Origin: Candidatus Sungiibacteriota bacterium
GTDB lineage: Bacteria > Patescibacteriota > Minisyncoccia > Sungbacterales > HO2-52-23
DNA: 52,199 bases
Direction: 5' to 3'
NCBI GenBank assembly: GCA_016186095.1
Contig: JACPMG010000003.1
Coordinates: 1-52,199, forward strand
Part shown: piece after piece, positions 35,041 through 45,243 of the stretch
How the letters are laid out: each line of letters begins with the position of its first letter
Numbering within the stretch: the stretch's first letter is position 1
Translations under genes and position numbers: made by a program
The notes under the pieces: model-generated
What the model was told of the DNA's origin: nothing
The model's database searches: none
The model's input: the letters and a program-made list of their open reading frames with translations, nothing else

Positions 35041-35595
35041 ATGAACACACTTTATGTTATTTTGGCGGCCATAGGTTTTTTGCTTTTGGCGCTGGCATTT
35101 ATTTATAACAGTTTAATAAGGAAACGAAATCAAGTCGGGGAAGCGTGGTCTGACATTGAAGTTCAGATGAAACGCAGATACGATCTTATACCGAATGTGG
35201 TGGAGGCCGTAAAAGGCTACGTTCTGCATGAACGGGGTGTTTTGGAAAATGTTACTCGGGCGCGGACCCAAGCCATGGGAGCGCATACGCCGCAGGAGCA
35301 TGCCCAGGCTGAAAATATGCTTACCGATACCCTAAAAACTCTTTTCGCGGTGGCGGAGAATTATCCGGATTTGAAAGCCAATGCCAATTTTCTGGATCTG
35401 CAGAGGGAACTTGCCGATACCGAAAATAAAATCCAGTCCGCGCGTCGGTTCTACAACGGGAATGTCCGCGATTACAATACCGCCGTTCAATCTTTTCCGA
35501 CTAATCTGGTTGCGAGAGCCTTTGGCTTCACCGGGAAAGAATTTTTTGATCTAGAAGAGGAAGCGGCAAGGCAGCCGGTAGGAGTCAGGTTCTAA
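35041..35595 (+). CDS. lemA: LemA-family protein
   Basis: YNSL, AWSDIEVQMKRRYDLIPN, AENYPDLKAN, ENKIQSARRFYN, FPTN. Confidence 0.96.
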   Translation: MNTLYVILAAIGFLLLALAFIYNSLIRKRNQVGEAWSDIEVQMKRRYDLIPNVVEAVKGYVLHERGVLENVTRARTQAMGAHTPQEHAQAENMLTDTLKTLFAVAENYPDLKANANFLDLQRELADTENKIQSARRFYNGNVRDYNTAVQSFPTNLVARAFGFTGKEFFDLEEEAARQPVGVRF

Positions 35596-35610
35596 TTGAA
35601 TCCGCGAATT

Positions 35611-35646
35611 TAACTAAAAAGGGCATGTATATGCCCTTTTTAGTTA
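35611..35646. terminator. Intrinsic terminator after lemA
   Basis: taactaaaaagggcat/atgccctttttagtta 16-bp stem. Confidence 0.75.
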
Positions 35647-35704
35647 GAAGTTTTCTATCAAAGAGTCCTCAGAATTACAGCGTTGAGGTATACTGTAGGC
35701 GAGG

Positions 35705-38608
35705 ATGAATATTAGGTTTTTGTCCATCTTTGGCCTAGGAATCGGAGCGGTGGCAATCGCGTTTTTTGCGGCTGTGTTTATATTGTGGTTTTTCGCGCCT
35801 CTACCGGCGTTGGGAGCGGCCGGAGTGCGGATCATAAGCTATCAAGGACGGCTTACCAATGCCAATGGCGACCTTCTCGGCAGTAACGGTACCACTTTTT
35901 ATTTCAAATTCTCGCTTCACAGCGCTACTTCGGGGGGCACAAAGTTGTGGCCGGAGGGAACGCCTTGTACGCATTCGCTCAATGTCAAACAGGGGGTATT
36001 TAACGCAAACATCGGCGATGTTTTGGAGTGCCCGGACACATTGGACTTTGATTTTATTTCTAAGAATGCCATATGGCTTGAGGTGCGGGTTTCTTCCGAT
36101 AACGTGACTTTTGAAACTCTTTCTCCTCGCCAAAGAGTTAACGCAGCCGCCTTCGCGCTTGTCGCGGACACCGTAATTGCCACAAGCACTCAATCGCGTC
36201 TCGGCACCACCTCGCCCATCAGCACCTCGTTGCTTACCATTGAGGCGACGACCACTTCGGTTATTCCGCTTTCTATCCGCGCCTCCCCCGGCCAAGTAGC
36301 AGACCTTTTTAAAATACAAAATGCGGCGGGCGCGGATTTATTCACGGTAAGCGGCTATGGCGCCGTCGGCATCGCTTCTTCCACTCCCGGAGCGGGATTT
36401 GGAGTCGCCACCTCAACATACATCATCGGCGGCCTCGGAGTCGGAAGGGCGACGACGACAGATGGCGTGCTGGAGACTGTCTCCAATGCGATCATCGGGG
36501 GATTCCTTAATGTCTCCGGAAATGCGACCTCAACTTTTAATGCCAACGGCGTTAATCTCCGGGGCGGCTGTTTTGCTATAAATGGAGCCTGTGTTGGGGC
36601 GGGGACAATTAACTCGGGATCAATAAATCGATTGGCGTATTACTCGGGAGGAACAGCATTGGACTCGGCAAATTTTCTTGCGGTCAATGCCGCCAGTTCT
36701 CTTTTCGGCGTTGGTTCCACGACTCCCTGGGGAGCGTTGTCCGTGCAAAGTACGGTTGATCCTATAGTGGTGATCGCCACCTCAAGCGGCGCGACGGCCA
36801 TACTTTCGGTGACTTCTACTTCCACCGGTGCGCTTGATCATGCCCGCATAGGCATTGGTGTCAACACGGCATCCGGAAGTGGAGGAATACGCGATCAATT
36901 GACGGTGGCGGGCAGAATTTATTCCACTTGGCGTTATTTATCCTGTGATTTCTTTGGCGCGGATATGATAGGTTTGAATATCGTAGCCGACACCGCTCAT
37001 GTCTGCGGCCCGTTGGCTTTTGATGAAGATAGCGATGGACAGCTAAACAATACCGCCGACGGGAATCCAGGATTCACGACAATAAAAGGCGGGGCGGCCA
37101 CTCCTTCGGCCGGCGAAGGATCAGCGATTCGGACTTGGTATACTTTTGTGGCAGCGACTAGCAGTCCTACGACCGAAGTCATGTTGCGCATATCGAACTT
37201 TCGTGCCACAACCACCAAGCTTTACATGATAGGTTTTACGGACATAGCGGGAGGAGGGGATACGGCGACGCTGCCGTCCAACGGGATATTCTTTGCAGCT
37301 TCTTCCACGAATAATTGGATTGCTGTTGTGCGTAGCGGTAACAATGAAACTCGTCAGGATACGGGCGTGGCGACTTCCACCACCGCGTTTCAAAAACTTC
37401 GTATAGAAGTAACGCCCGCGACAGTTTATTTTTTGATAGACGGAGATGTGGTTGCTCAGATTTCTACCAATATCCCTGCGGTAAATATGGCCTTGGCAGT
37501 TTCGGCGGCAATCACGACCGGCGGCTCCAGCTCGGCGGCGCTTGATATCGCATCTATCCGGTTGTGGATCGACGATCCGCCCAGCGGCGAGAAAACGTCA
37601 GGAGAGCCGGCAAAAATCTTTCAGCAGCTGGATCTCATCCGAGGCGCTGATATCGCCGAGGCGTATCTGGTCGGCGATCCATGGCAGTTTAGCGAGGGAA
37701 AAATTGTAGTCAATGAGGATGGAGGCGCGGGGAAAGTGAAATTGGCGCAAGAGCCGTATGATCCTGATATGGCCGGGGCTATAAGCACGTCTCCTTATAT
37801 GGTGATGGGAATGTCTGCAGAAAATACCGTTGAGGTGGGGTTGTTGGGGAGGGTCCCGGTGGCGGCCTCTTTGATCAACGGGCCCATCCGGCGTGGCGAT
37901 CGTATCACTTCTTCCGTCATTCCCGGTATCGGCATGCGCGCTTCACGGCCCGGTTATGTTTTGGGCAGAGCGCTGGAGGGATTTAATCCGGCTGCCGGTA
38001 TCGGGACCTGTGATGATTCCTTAGCCGAGACAGTATCATCTGTTGTTGTGTCCGGGGAAATTGATTTGGCCGGAGCCGAATGCGCGGGTATTATATTGGT
38101 AGATCTCCGGCCGGGCTTTGATCTTGGAATCGGGAATATGATCCGGCAGTTTAAAGAGGGTATGGTAACGGCAGTTTCGGCTGTTGACGATTTGGCCGAT
38201 GAGGCATTTGAAACGGGAGCGGAGCTTATAAAACTTACCGCGGGGAAAATCGTTACCCAAACGGCAGTTATAAAAAATTTATTTGCCAAGGCGCTCTCTG
38301 TGCTTCCCGGGGGGACCATTTCTTTGCCGGAGGGAGTAAATCAAATTGTGGGCGAGGATGTCCTGCCGGTTGGCGCGACTTCCATTTTAGTACACAATAA
38401 TAAGGTGGCTTCAACCTCGAAGATATTTATCACTCCTTTGACGGTTATAGATCACCCTCTGGCAGTATCCGAAGTAAGGGCAGGAGAAGGATTTATAGTA
38501 AGCACCGCTATCCCCGTATCGCAGGACACTATTTTTAGCTGGATGATTATTTATTCCTACAGGGCCGCAGAAGAAGCATCTGCTGCGGTGCCGGCGCCGA
38601 GCCCTTAA
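35705..38608 (+). CDS. Large surface or fibre-like protein
   Basis: 967 aa; N-terminal TM, ISYQGRL domain, G(I/V)xSSTP/ATTT repeats, C-terminal ADIAEAY...GRVPV...GPIRRGDRITSS...VLGRALE region resembling tail-fibre chaperone domains. Confidence 0.75.
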   Translation: MNIRFLSIFGLGIGAVAIAFFAAVFILWFFAPLPALGAAGVRIISYQGRLTNANGDLLGSNGTTFYFKFSLHSATSGGTKLWPEGTPCTHSLNVKQGVFNANIGDVLECPDTLDFDFISKNAIWLEVRVSSDNVTFETLSPRQRVNAAAFALVADTVIATSTQSRLGTTSPISTSLLTIEATTTSVIPLSIRASPGQVADLFKIQNAAGADLFTVSGYGAVGIASSTPGAGFGVATSTYIIGGLGVGRATTTDGVLETVSNAIIGGFLNVSGNATSTFNANGVNLRGGCFAINGACVGAGTINSGSINRLAYYSGGTALDSANFLAVNAASSLFGVGSTTPWGALSVQSTVDPIVVIATSSGATAILSVTSTSTGALDHARIGIGVNTASGSGGIRDQLTVAGRIYSTWRYLSCDFFGADMIGLNIVADTAHVCGPLAFDEDSDGQLNNTADGNPGFTTIKGGAATPSAGEGSAIRTWYTFVAATSSPTTEVMLRISNFRATTTKLYMIGFTDIAGGGDTATLPSNGIFFAASSTNNWIAVVRSGNNETRQDTGVATSTTAFQKLRIEVTPATVYFLIDGDVVAQISTNIPAVNMALAVSAAITTGGSSSAALDIASIRLWIDDPPSGEKTSGEPAKIFQQLDLIRGADIAEAYLVGDPWQFSEGKIVVNEDGGAGKVKLAQEPYDPDMAGAISTSPYMVMGMSAENTVEVGLLGRVPVAASLINGPIRRGDRITSSVIPGIGMRASRPGYVLGRALEGFNPAAGIGTCDDSLAETVSSVVVSGEIDLAGAECAGIILVDLRPGFDLGIGNMIRQFKEGMVTAVSAVDDLADEAFETGAELIKLTAGKIVTQTAVIKNLFAKALSVLPGGTISLPEGVNQIVGEDVLPVGATSILVHNNKVASTSKIFITPLTVIDHPLAVSEVRAGEGFIVSTAIPVSQDTIFSWMIIYSYRAAEEASAAVPAPSP

Positions 38609-38633
38609 AGGTCGATGTAATTCCGAAAATATT

Positions 38634-39161
38634 ATGGAAAAAGATTATATTATTCCACAGATAACTGAAATAGAAGAAGTTTATTCCGGCCCAGAAAACA
38701 AAAATGGCAGTTTTTCTGTAAAACCAGTATCTAATATTTCTTCAGGACCCAGCGCTTATACATATGGTCATCAGATATGGGCAGCCGCCGGAGTATTGGT
38801 TGTTTTATTTATAATTTGGGCAGTACTGGGGAGTTTTGGCTTCGTGCCCTTGGGAGAGTTTCCCCTTGTGTCCGGTTCAAAATGGCAAGCCGTGTTTCTC
38901 ACCAATGGCCAGGGTTATTTCGGCCATCTGCAAAATTATAATCGTGGTTATGTCACTATTCAGGATGTGTATTACTTGCAGACTTCCCAAGCTTTACAGC
39001 CAGAACAACAAACGGCGTCTAATCTGAATTTAGTAAAGCTTGGCGGAGAGCTTCATGGGCCGGAAGATGTCATATTCATCCCCAAGGAACAAATAATTTT
39101 TTGGGAAAATATGAAAGCGGATTCCCAGATAGTCAAGGGGATTGAGTCATCGAGGAGATAG
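38634..39161 (+). CDS. Single-TM hypothetical protein
   Basis: WQAVFLTNGQGYFG, DVYYLQ, LVKLGGELHGPED. Confidence 0.8.
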   Translation: MEKDYIIPQITEIEEVYSGPENKNGSFSVKPVSNISSGPSAYTYGHQIWAAAGVLVVLFIIWAVLGSFGFVPLGEFPLVSGSKWQAVFLTNGQGYFGHLQNYNRGYVTIQDVYYLQTSQALQPEQQTASNLNLVKLGGELHGPEDVIFIPKEQIIFWENMKADSQIVKGIESSRR

Positions 39162-39194
39162 ATGGAATCTCCAGTTTAATAATTTTGCCTAGAG

Positions 39195-40535
39195 ATGATT
39201 TATTCAATCCTGTTTTATATTTTGTTTTTGCTTTTTTCTAGGCAGGCTCTGGCGGCAGAGTTCACCAGCACCAATTTTAAGATTCTTGATCCGGTACTAT
39301 CTATCGCCTCGAGTACCGAAATGGCGTCAACAAACTTTCGGCTTATAGGAGTAATGGGAGAGGCGGTGATAGGTACCTCCACAGCGGCATCTTTCAATAT
39401 CTCAAGCGGATTCCTTTATTTTCCGTTTATAAAGACCCCCAAAATCAGAGCGCAGGCCGGCAATGGCAGGGTGGCTTTGCATTGGACCAGGGAAACGGGA
39501 TTTTTGGGCTGGACGGTTGGAGGATATACTCTGGGCAAGTCAGCAATCAGCGGCGGGCCATATACCTATATTTCGGTAGGCAATACAACTGTCTCAGCTA
39601 CTTCATCCCTGGCCAACGGTTTAACCAACGGGACTACCTATTATTTTATAGTCGGGGTAGAAGATATCTTTGGAAACATAATCGCCACTTCATCAGAGGT
39701 ATCGGTCACTCCGAGCGCAAATTTTTACAATCTGCTTACCGCCGATTTTCCTACCGATGTTGCTTCATCTACTTCATTTGTCGCTAAGGACGGCATTAAA
39801 GTAGATATCACCGTACCCGTACATGTGCTTACGAACGGCGATATGCTGCAGCCGGTTTTCACCGCCCTTACCAAAGAGGCCGCCATAGATGGCAAGCCTT
39901 TGCCGAACGGAAAATTGGGGGCTGACACTTTCTACGACTTTTCCTGGTTTAAGGCCGACGATCACAGTCACGTAACATCCTTTGACAAACCCATCTCTCT
40001 TAAATTTTCATATACCGATGATGACATAGGCAAAATAGATGAGAGTACCTTAGCGCCATATCGCTGGGATGGATCTTCGTGGACAGTGCTGGACGGATAC
40101 GTTATCAATACTTCAGCAAATACCATTACAGTAGACACCAAGCTGTTTAGCTCCTTCGCGCTTATAGGAACAGAGTCTTCTTCTATTACTTCTGTTCCAT
40201 CCTCTTCGGTCGTCCAGGGTTATAAAGGGGAAGGCGGAATTATCGAATCCCCGCGAGCCCCCGGGCGTGTTACCTGGGATCGCCTCGGCTATTTGTCGGG
40301 ACAAATTGCGGCGACCTGGGACCACCTAGAAGCCGCGTTGACCAGGCCCGACTTTTCGCGTCCGACAGAAGTAAAAAAAAGTTTTCTGGAAAGCGTCAGC
40401 AGTACCTCTCCCGCGGCTATCTCGGCGGAAGTCGGGAAATTTTCCCGCGTTGTAGTCGCCTTAGTATACCTCCTCTTTATGGTTATTTTTGCTGCGATAG
40501 TGCTTCTGGGTCTGATTTTTGGGATATTAGCGTAA
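39195..40535 (+). CDS. Secreted fibronectin type III domain protein with C-terminal TM anchor
   Basis: Signal peptide, AGNGRVALHW...GLTNGTTYYFIV (FN3), YRWDG...FSSFAL domain, terminal TM. Confidence 0.8.
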   Translation: MIYSILFYILFLLFSRQALAAEFTSTNFKILDPVLSIASSTEMASTNFRLIGVMGEAVIGTSTAASFNISSGFLYFPFIKTPKIRAQAGNGRVALHWTRETGFLGWTVGGYTLGKSAISGGPYTYISVGNTTVSATSSLANGLTNGTTYYFIVGVEDIFGNIIATSSEVSVTPSANFYNLLTADFPTDVASSTSFVAKDGIKVDITVPVHVLTNGDMLQPVFTALTKEAAIDGKPLPNGKLGADTFYDFSWFKADDHSHVTSFDKPISLKFSYTDDDIGKIDESTLAPYRWDGSSWTVLDGYVINTSANTITVDTKLFSSFALIGTESSSITSVPSSSVVQGYKGEGGIIESPRAPGRVTWDRLGYLSGQIAATWDHLEAALTRPDFSRPTEVKKSFLESVSSTSPAAISAEVGKFSRVVVALVYLLFMVIFAAIVLLGLIFGILA

Positions 40536-40609
40536 AAATATTAATGAGGGGGCGTTGATTTTACCCTGTTTTGGGTGTATACTATTAGTATTAATGCGGT
40601 TATTAAGCT

Positions 40610-40831
40610 ATGTCTGAATCATACATTTATATCGGCGGGAACGCTTTATATTATTCGCCCGAAGTTAGGGCGGGCTTAGAATATTTGCGGGGCCTTGGCG
40701 AAGAAGAGGCGGCAGCGCTTTTTGACAAGGCCTACAATTTTGGGCCGGCCAAATTTTCCGACGGCCACGGCCGCTATTTTCTTCTCACTTATGAGAGAGA
40801 TAAATCTTATAGAATTTCTTTGCAGGAATGA
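40610..40831 (+). CDS. Small hypothetical protein
   Basis: 73 aa; stop overlaps the htpX start (ATGA). Confidence 0.6.
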   Translation: MSESYIYIGGNALYYSPEVRAGLEYLRGLGEEEAAALFDKAYNFGPAKFSDGHGRYFLLTYERDKSYRISLQE

Positions 40832-41742
40832 CGCTTTACAGTCAAAAATCGGCGAATGTCAGAAAAACGTGGCTTCTCATGGCCATATTTTTTGGCGTGG
40901 TGATCGGAATCGGTTGGGTGTTTAGCCGGATCTATGGTGATCCTTCTATTCTTTATATAGCGGTGGCTTTCAGTATTCTTATGAATGTTTTGAGTTATTG
41001 GTTCTCTCATAAAATCGTGTTAGCTCTTCATCGCGCCAAACCGGTGGAATTTAAATCCCAACCTGAGCTTTACCGCGTGCTGGAAAATCTAACCATAGCC
41101 GCCGGGCTTCCCATGCCCAAATTTTATTTAATTGAAGACTCGGCGCCCAACGCTTTTGCTACCGGACGTAATCCCAAGAACGCGGTAGTTTGCGTAACTT
41201 CGGGTTTGCTTGAGAAGCTCGATCGCTCGGAACTTGAAGGAGTGTTGGCGCATGAGCTATCGCATATCGGCAACCGCGATATGCTGGTGTCCACGGTTGC
41301 CGTGGTGCTGGTAGGGTTTGTAGCCATTCTTTCCGATATGTTTATGCGATCTATATGGTATGGGGGAATGGGCAATCGGGATCGCGACAGGGGAGGAGCG
41401 CATACTATTATCCTTGTTGCTGGGATCGTTTTATCTATTTTGGCGCCGCTTATTGCCTCGCTGATTCATCTGGCCATATCCCGCCGGCGGGAGTTTTTGG
41501 CAGATGCCTCCGGCGCGCTTCTTACGCGCTATCCGGAGGGCTTGGCTTCTGCGCTTAAAAAGATTTCCTCTTATGGCCGTCCGATGAAGACCGCGACCAA
41601 CGCCACCGCGCATCTTTTTCTGGAAAATCCTTTTGGCGCGGACTCAAATGGCGCAAAAAGGACCCCGTGGCTTGTAAAAATTTTTTCCACCCATCCTCCG
41701 GTTGCTGAACGGATAGCGGCGCTTATGGGCTCAAGGCAATAG
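40828..41742 (+). CDS. htpX: Zinc metalloprotease HtpX (M48)
   Basis: PNAFATG, AHELSH, SRRREFLAD, STHPP. Confidence 0.95.
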   Translation: MTLYSQKSANVRKTWLLMAIFFGVVIGIGWVFSRIYGDPSILYIAVAFSILMNVLSYWFSHKIVLALHRAKPVEFKSQPELYRVLENLTIAAGLPMPKFYLIEDSAPNAFATGRNPKNAVVCVTSGLLEKLDRSELEGVLAHELSHIGNRDMLVSTVAVVLVGFVAILSDMFMRSIWYGGMGNRDRDRGGAHTIILVAGIVLSILAPLIASLIHLAISRRREFLADASGALLTRYPEGLASALKKISSYGRPMKTATNATAHLFLENPFGADSNGAKRTPWLVKIFSTHPPVAERIAALMGSRQ

Positions 41743-41792
41743 ATGGAATGCGCACTTGAGTTATTTACAAAGTAGATTATCATTATCCAGTT

Positions 41793-41879
41793 GGAAGGGT
41801 GCAGGAGCGGTTTAACTGGCGGTCCTGGAAAGACCGTGTACCAGAAATGGTACCGCGAGTTCGAATCTCGCCCCTTCCG
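41793..41879 (+). tRNA. tRNA-Ser(GGA)
   Basis: Acceptor GGAAGGG/CCCTTCC, anticodon arm CGGTC-CT-GGA-AA-GACCG, long variable arm gtacca/tggtac, T arm GCGAG-TTCGAAT-CTCGC. Confidence 0.95.
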
Positions 41880-41930
41880 GTAGATTGAGCGCCCGTTCGA
41901 GAGACCGGGCGTTTCGGAAGAATAATAAAT

Positions 41931-42788
41931 ATGTTTAAAAAAATATTTAATAAATTCAAGAAAGGAAAAACTGTGGGCGATTTTCAGAATCCCGTCATGA
42001 GCATCAACTGGTTCCCGGTCTGGGAAGATCCGGACTTACTTAAATATGTACGTTATAGTCTATATAAGACTAGTATAAAATCACTCCGCGAAGGTATAAA
42101 AATAAATTTCAAGGTTGTTGAATATACAACCGAAATAGAAGAGGAATCTATGCCGGAATTACCCTTAACTTCTGTAATGGAATTAATGAAAAAATTTGAG
42201 ACTACAACCCCAAATGATTTTATGCTATCGGCCGCAAGAGAAGGGTTTATCCCAAAAATAGTAAAAATTGAAAATCCAATAGCCATTATGGGAGATGCGT
42301 TATCCGATTATAGAACTCAAGTGGAACAAATCAAAAAATATTATCCAGAAAAAGCGATAGAGCTTGAAAGTATCTTAAACGATCTAGAGAGAATGAAGAC
42401 GGTTGATAAAAATTCTGATTCAAAATTACAGAGATTGCATGCGGATTCGTATAATTTAATTCAGAGTAATCCCGAATTGCAAAGAGATGTGATTTTTGAA
42501 ATTGGGAAAAACAGAACCCCGTCGTTTAAAAATTTTTTAGGTAAAAACTACTGCTTACTAATGAGCCATTATGGCAAAATGAATTTCGATGACGATAAAA
42601 ATAGCGCGGATGGCGGCGTTATGCTTCCGATTCGGTCTTTACCATACGGTCAGATGTTTATGGGGCGCATACTTGGTGTAGTATATTTCAATCCGCAACC
42701 TATTTTTAAAAATCTTGGCCCAGGACCGGTATTGGTAGCCGCAGCGATATCGGTGGGAATGAAAGCCGATATTCTGCAAAAACAATAG
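41931..42788 (+). CDS. Hypothetical protein
   Basis: 285-aa AT-rich ORF directly downstream of tRNA-Ser. Confidence 0.7.
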   Translation: MFKKIFNKFKKGKTVGDFQNPVMSINWFPVWEDPDLLKYVRYSLYKTSIKSLREGIKINFKVVEYTTEIEEESMPELPLTSVMELMKKFETTTPNDFMLSAAREGFIPKIVKIENPIAIMGDALSDYRTQVEQIKKYYPEKAIELESILNDLERMKTVDKNSDSKLQRLHADSYNLIQSNPELQRDVIFEIGKNRTPSFKNFLGKNYCLLMSHYGKMNFDDDKNSADGGVMLPIRSLPYGQMFMGRILGVVYFNPQPIFKNLGPGPVLVAAAISVGMKADILQKQ

Positions 42789-42886
42789 CCCGACCTACCC
42801 CCATCAAATCGCGCCCTAAAAAAGAGCCCAGAAAAGCCTTATAATGCTTGCATAAGCAAAGTTCTAGACCGACTTACACCGCTTTT

Positions 42887-43459
42887 ATGCCGAAAAATTC
42901 AAAAAAATTTCCGCCTTCTGCCAAACGCGTCTTCAAGGGCGTACTTTTTGATATATGGCAGTGGAAGCAGAAGATATATAATGGAAGGGTAGAGACGTTT
43001 GAGAGAGTTATACGTTCCGATAGCGTGCAGGTTATTGCCGTGGTCGGCAAAAGAATTATAATTCAGGAACAGCTTCAGCCAAGTTGGCCCAAGGCCATGC
43101 TTACTTTCCCCGGCGGACGCGCGGACGAAGGGGGCAGTATACTTGAGGAAGCAAAACGTGAGCTTTTGGAGGAGACGGGTTATGTTTCGGATGACTGGGC
43201 GCTATGGAAGACCGTCAAGCCCTCCATGACGGTAATTTTTACCATATATATCTTTGTCGCTCGTAATTGTAGAAAAGTTGCCAGGCCCCAGCTTGATGGA
43301 GGCGAGAAAATCAAAAACAAACTTGCATCTTTTGATAAATTCCTCCTGCTTTCCGAAAATCCCAGATTTCGCGAGTCCGAAGTGGCGGCGGAGATGCTCC
43401 GCGCCCGTCTTAATAAACGGAATAAAACTAGGCTCCATAAATTACTTTTTAAAAAATGA
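42887..43459 (+). CDS. NUDIX hydrolase (ADP-ribose pyrophosphatase-like)
   Basis: FPGGRADEGGSILEEAKRELLEETGY. Confidence 0.9.
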   Translation: MPKNSKKFPPSAKRVFKGVLFDIWQWKQKIYNGRVETFERVIRSDSVQVIAVVGKRIIIQEQLQPSWPKAMLTFPGGRADEGGSILEEAKRELLEETGYVSDDWALWKTVKPSMTVIFTIYIFVARNCRKVARPQLDGGEKIKNKLASFDKFLLLSENPRFRESEVAAEMLRARLNKRNKTRLHKLLFKK

Positions 43460-45243
43460 GTTCTCCGATTGATGATATTAAATCCCGCCTTGACTTGGTG
43501 GAGCTGATCCAATCTTACGTTCGTCTCCAGAAAGCAGGGATCAACTACAAGGCCAACTGTCCTTTTCATACGGAAAAAACCCCGTCCTTTTTTGTCTCGC
43601 CCACCCGGCAGATGTGGCATTGTTTTGGATGCGGGAAAGGCGGCGACCATTTTAAGTTTGTCATGGAAATTGAGGGGCATGAGTTTCCCGAGGCCTTGCG
43701 CATGCTTGCCCAACGTGCCGGAGTGGTCTTGAAAAGAGAAGACCCCGCTATTCGTTCCGAGCGTAACCGCCTGTATGATCTTTGCGAGGAGGCGACCAAA
43801 ATTTTTGAAAGGAATTTGGCGCTGACTCCTGCTGTCAAGACGTATCTTAAAAACAGGGGAGTGGTTGGTGAGACCGCGAAAGAATTTCGTATCGGTTTTG
43901 CCCCGCAAAGCTGGGATTTTTTAATGAAGGCGCTTAGCGCCAAAGGTTTTCGCAAAGAAGAAATTGAAAAGTCCGGCCTGGCTATAAAATCAGAAGACGG
44001 AAATTCATGGTATGATCGTTTCCGAGGCAGGATCATGTTTCCGATTGCCGACGGCAACGGCCGCGTAGTTGGTTTTAGCGGGAGAGTATTTGAAGAAGTC
44101 CCGACGCGCTCCGCGGTCGGGACCCCGACTCCCGATAAAAATCGGGACGTCGGGGCAAAGTATGTTAATACTCCGAATACCCTAATTTATGATAAATCTC
44201 ACGTGCTCTATGGTTTTGACAAAGCCAAGCAGGAGATCCGCGGCAAAAATAAAGTGGTGGTGGTGGAAGGCCAGATGGATTGCGTAATGTCGCATCAGGC
44301 CGGAGTGAAAAATACGATTGCGGTATCGGGCACGGCTCTTACCCCTCAGCAGTTGAAGGTCCTGCGCCGGCTCTGCGATACAATCGTAAGCTCTTTTGAT
44401 ACTGATGCTGCCGGAGATACGGCGACTAAGCGCTCTTTGGCGCTAGCCACGGAGTTTGAGTTTGAACGAAAGATTGCCGTGATACCTTCGGGCAAGGATC
44501 CTGCCGATGCGGTTTTAGAAAATCCAAAATCATGGCTTGGTGCGGTGGAGGCGGCCAAACCCGTGGTGGAATTTTATTTTGAAAAATCGTTCCGGGGGCA
44601 TAATCCATCCGGTGCTGACGGCAAAAAAGCCATTTCGGCCACGCTCCTTCCTTTGATTGCGGAGCTGGGGAATGAGATTGAAAAATCCCATTGGGTAAGC
44701 GAGCTTGCGCGCCGCCTCTCGGTGCGCGAAGATTCAGTATGGGCGGAGCTCAAGCGTAAAAATGCCGGAGCCGCGACACCCAAGACCAGCGAGCCGGTGG
44801 AGGCCGGGCGGGTTCCGACCAGGCGCGATCTGCTGGAGGAGCGGATGCTGGCGCTTTTATGTTTTGTGAAGGAGGATTTACGCAAAAAAGAGTTCGCCCA
44901 TCACTACGTTGCTTTCACTTCAGACATAAACCAGCGAATTTTTGAGACACTGCTGGGGGGAAAAGTGACTGTCGCGGCGCCGGAATTGAAAAATGATTTT
45001 GATCTTCTTCGTTTCAAAGGCGAGGTGCTGGTGCAGATGACGCATGATTTGGAGGAGGAGTTTCTTTCCTGTAAACGGGAGCTGGAAAAAGAGTGCATCA
45101 AGGAACGGCTTCTGAAGATCGGCGGGGAAATAGAGAAGAAAGAGAAAGAGGGAGACCGCGTTTTGGTGACCTCTCTCTTGCAGGATTTCCGCGCGCTTTC
45201 TGATAAATTAAAACTGCTATCGCATGATTATGCCCAAAAGTAA
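43456..45243 (+). CDS. dnaG: DNA primase
   Basis: [11 protein letters not shown]...CFGC zinc finger, [33 protein letters not shown]. Confidence 0.97.
   Translation: MSSPIDDIKSRLDLVELIQSYVRLQKAGINYKANCPFHTEKTPSFFVSPTRQMWHCFGCGKGGDHFKFVMEIEGHEFPEALRMLAQRAGVVLKREDPAIRSERNRLYDLCEEATKIFERNLALTPAVKTYLKNRGVVGETAKEFRIGFAPQSWDFLMKALSAKGFRKEEIEKSGLAIKSEDGNSWYDRFRGRIMFPIADGNGRVVGFSGRVFEEVPTRSAVGTPTPDKNRDVGAKYVNTPNTLIYDKSHVLYGFDKAKQEIRGKNKVVVVEGQMDCVMSHQAGVKNTIAVSGTALTPQQLKVLRRLCDTIVSSFDTDAAGDTATKRSLALATEFEFERKIAVIPSGKDPADAVLENPKSWLGAVEAAKPVVEFYFEKSFRGHNPSGADGKKAISATLLPLIAELGNEIEKSHWVSELARRLSVREDSVWAELKRKNAGAATPKTSEPVEAGRVPTRRDLLEERMLALLCFVKEDLRKKEFAHHYVAFTSDINQRIFETLLGGKVTVAAPELKNDFDLLRFKGEVLVQMTHDLEEEFLSCKRELEKECIKERLLKIGGEIEKKEKEGDRVLVTSLLQDFRALSDKLKLLSHDYAQK
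44098..44155. repeat. CCGAC/GTCGG double-hairpin element, in-frame in dnaG
   Basis: gtcccgac...gtcgggac, then cccgac-tcccgat-aaaa-atcggga-c-gtcggg. Confidence 0.85.

Noticed and set aside
41793..41879. Flanking inverted repeat or nesting at tRNA-Ser
   Set aside because: Leader and trailer are not complementary and no tRNA fragments are adjacent; it serves as an ordinary control.
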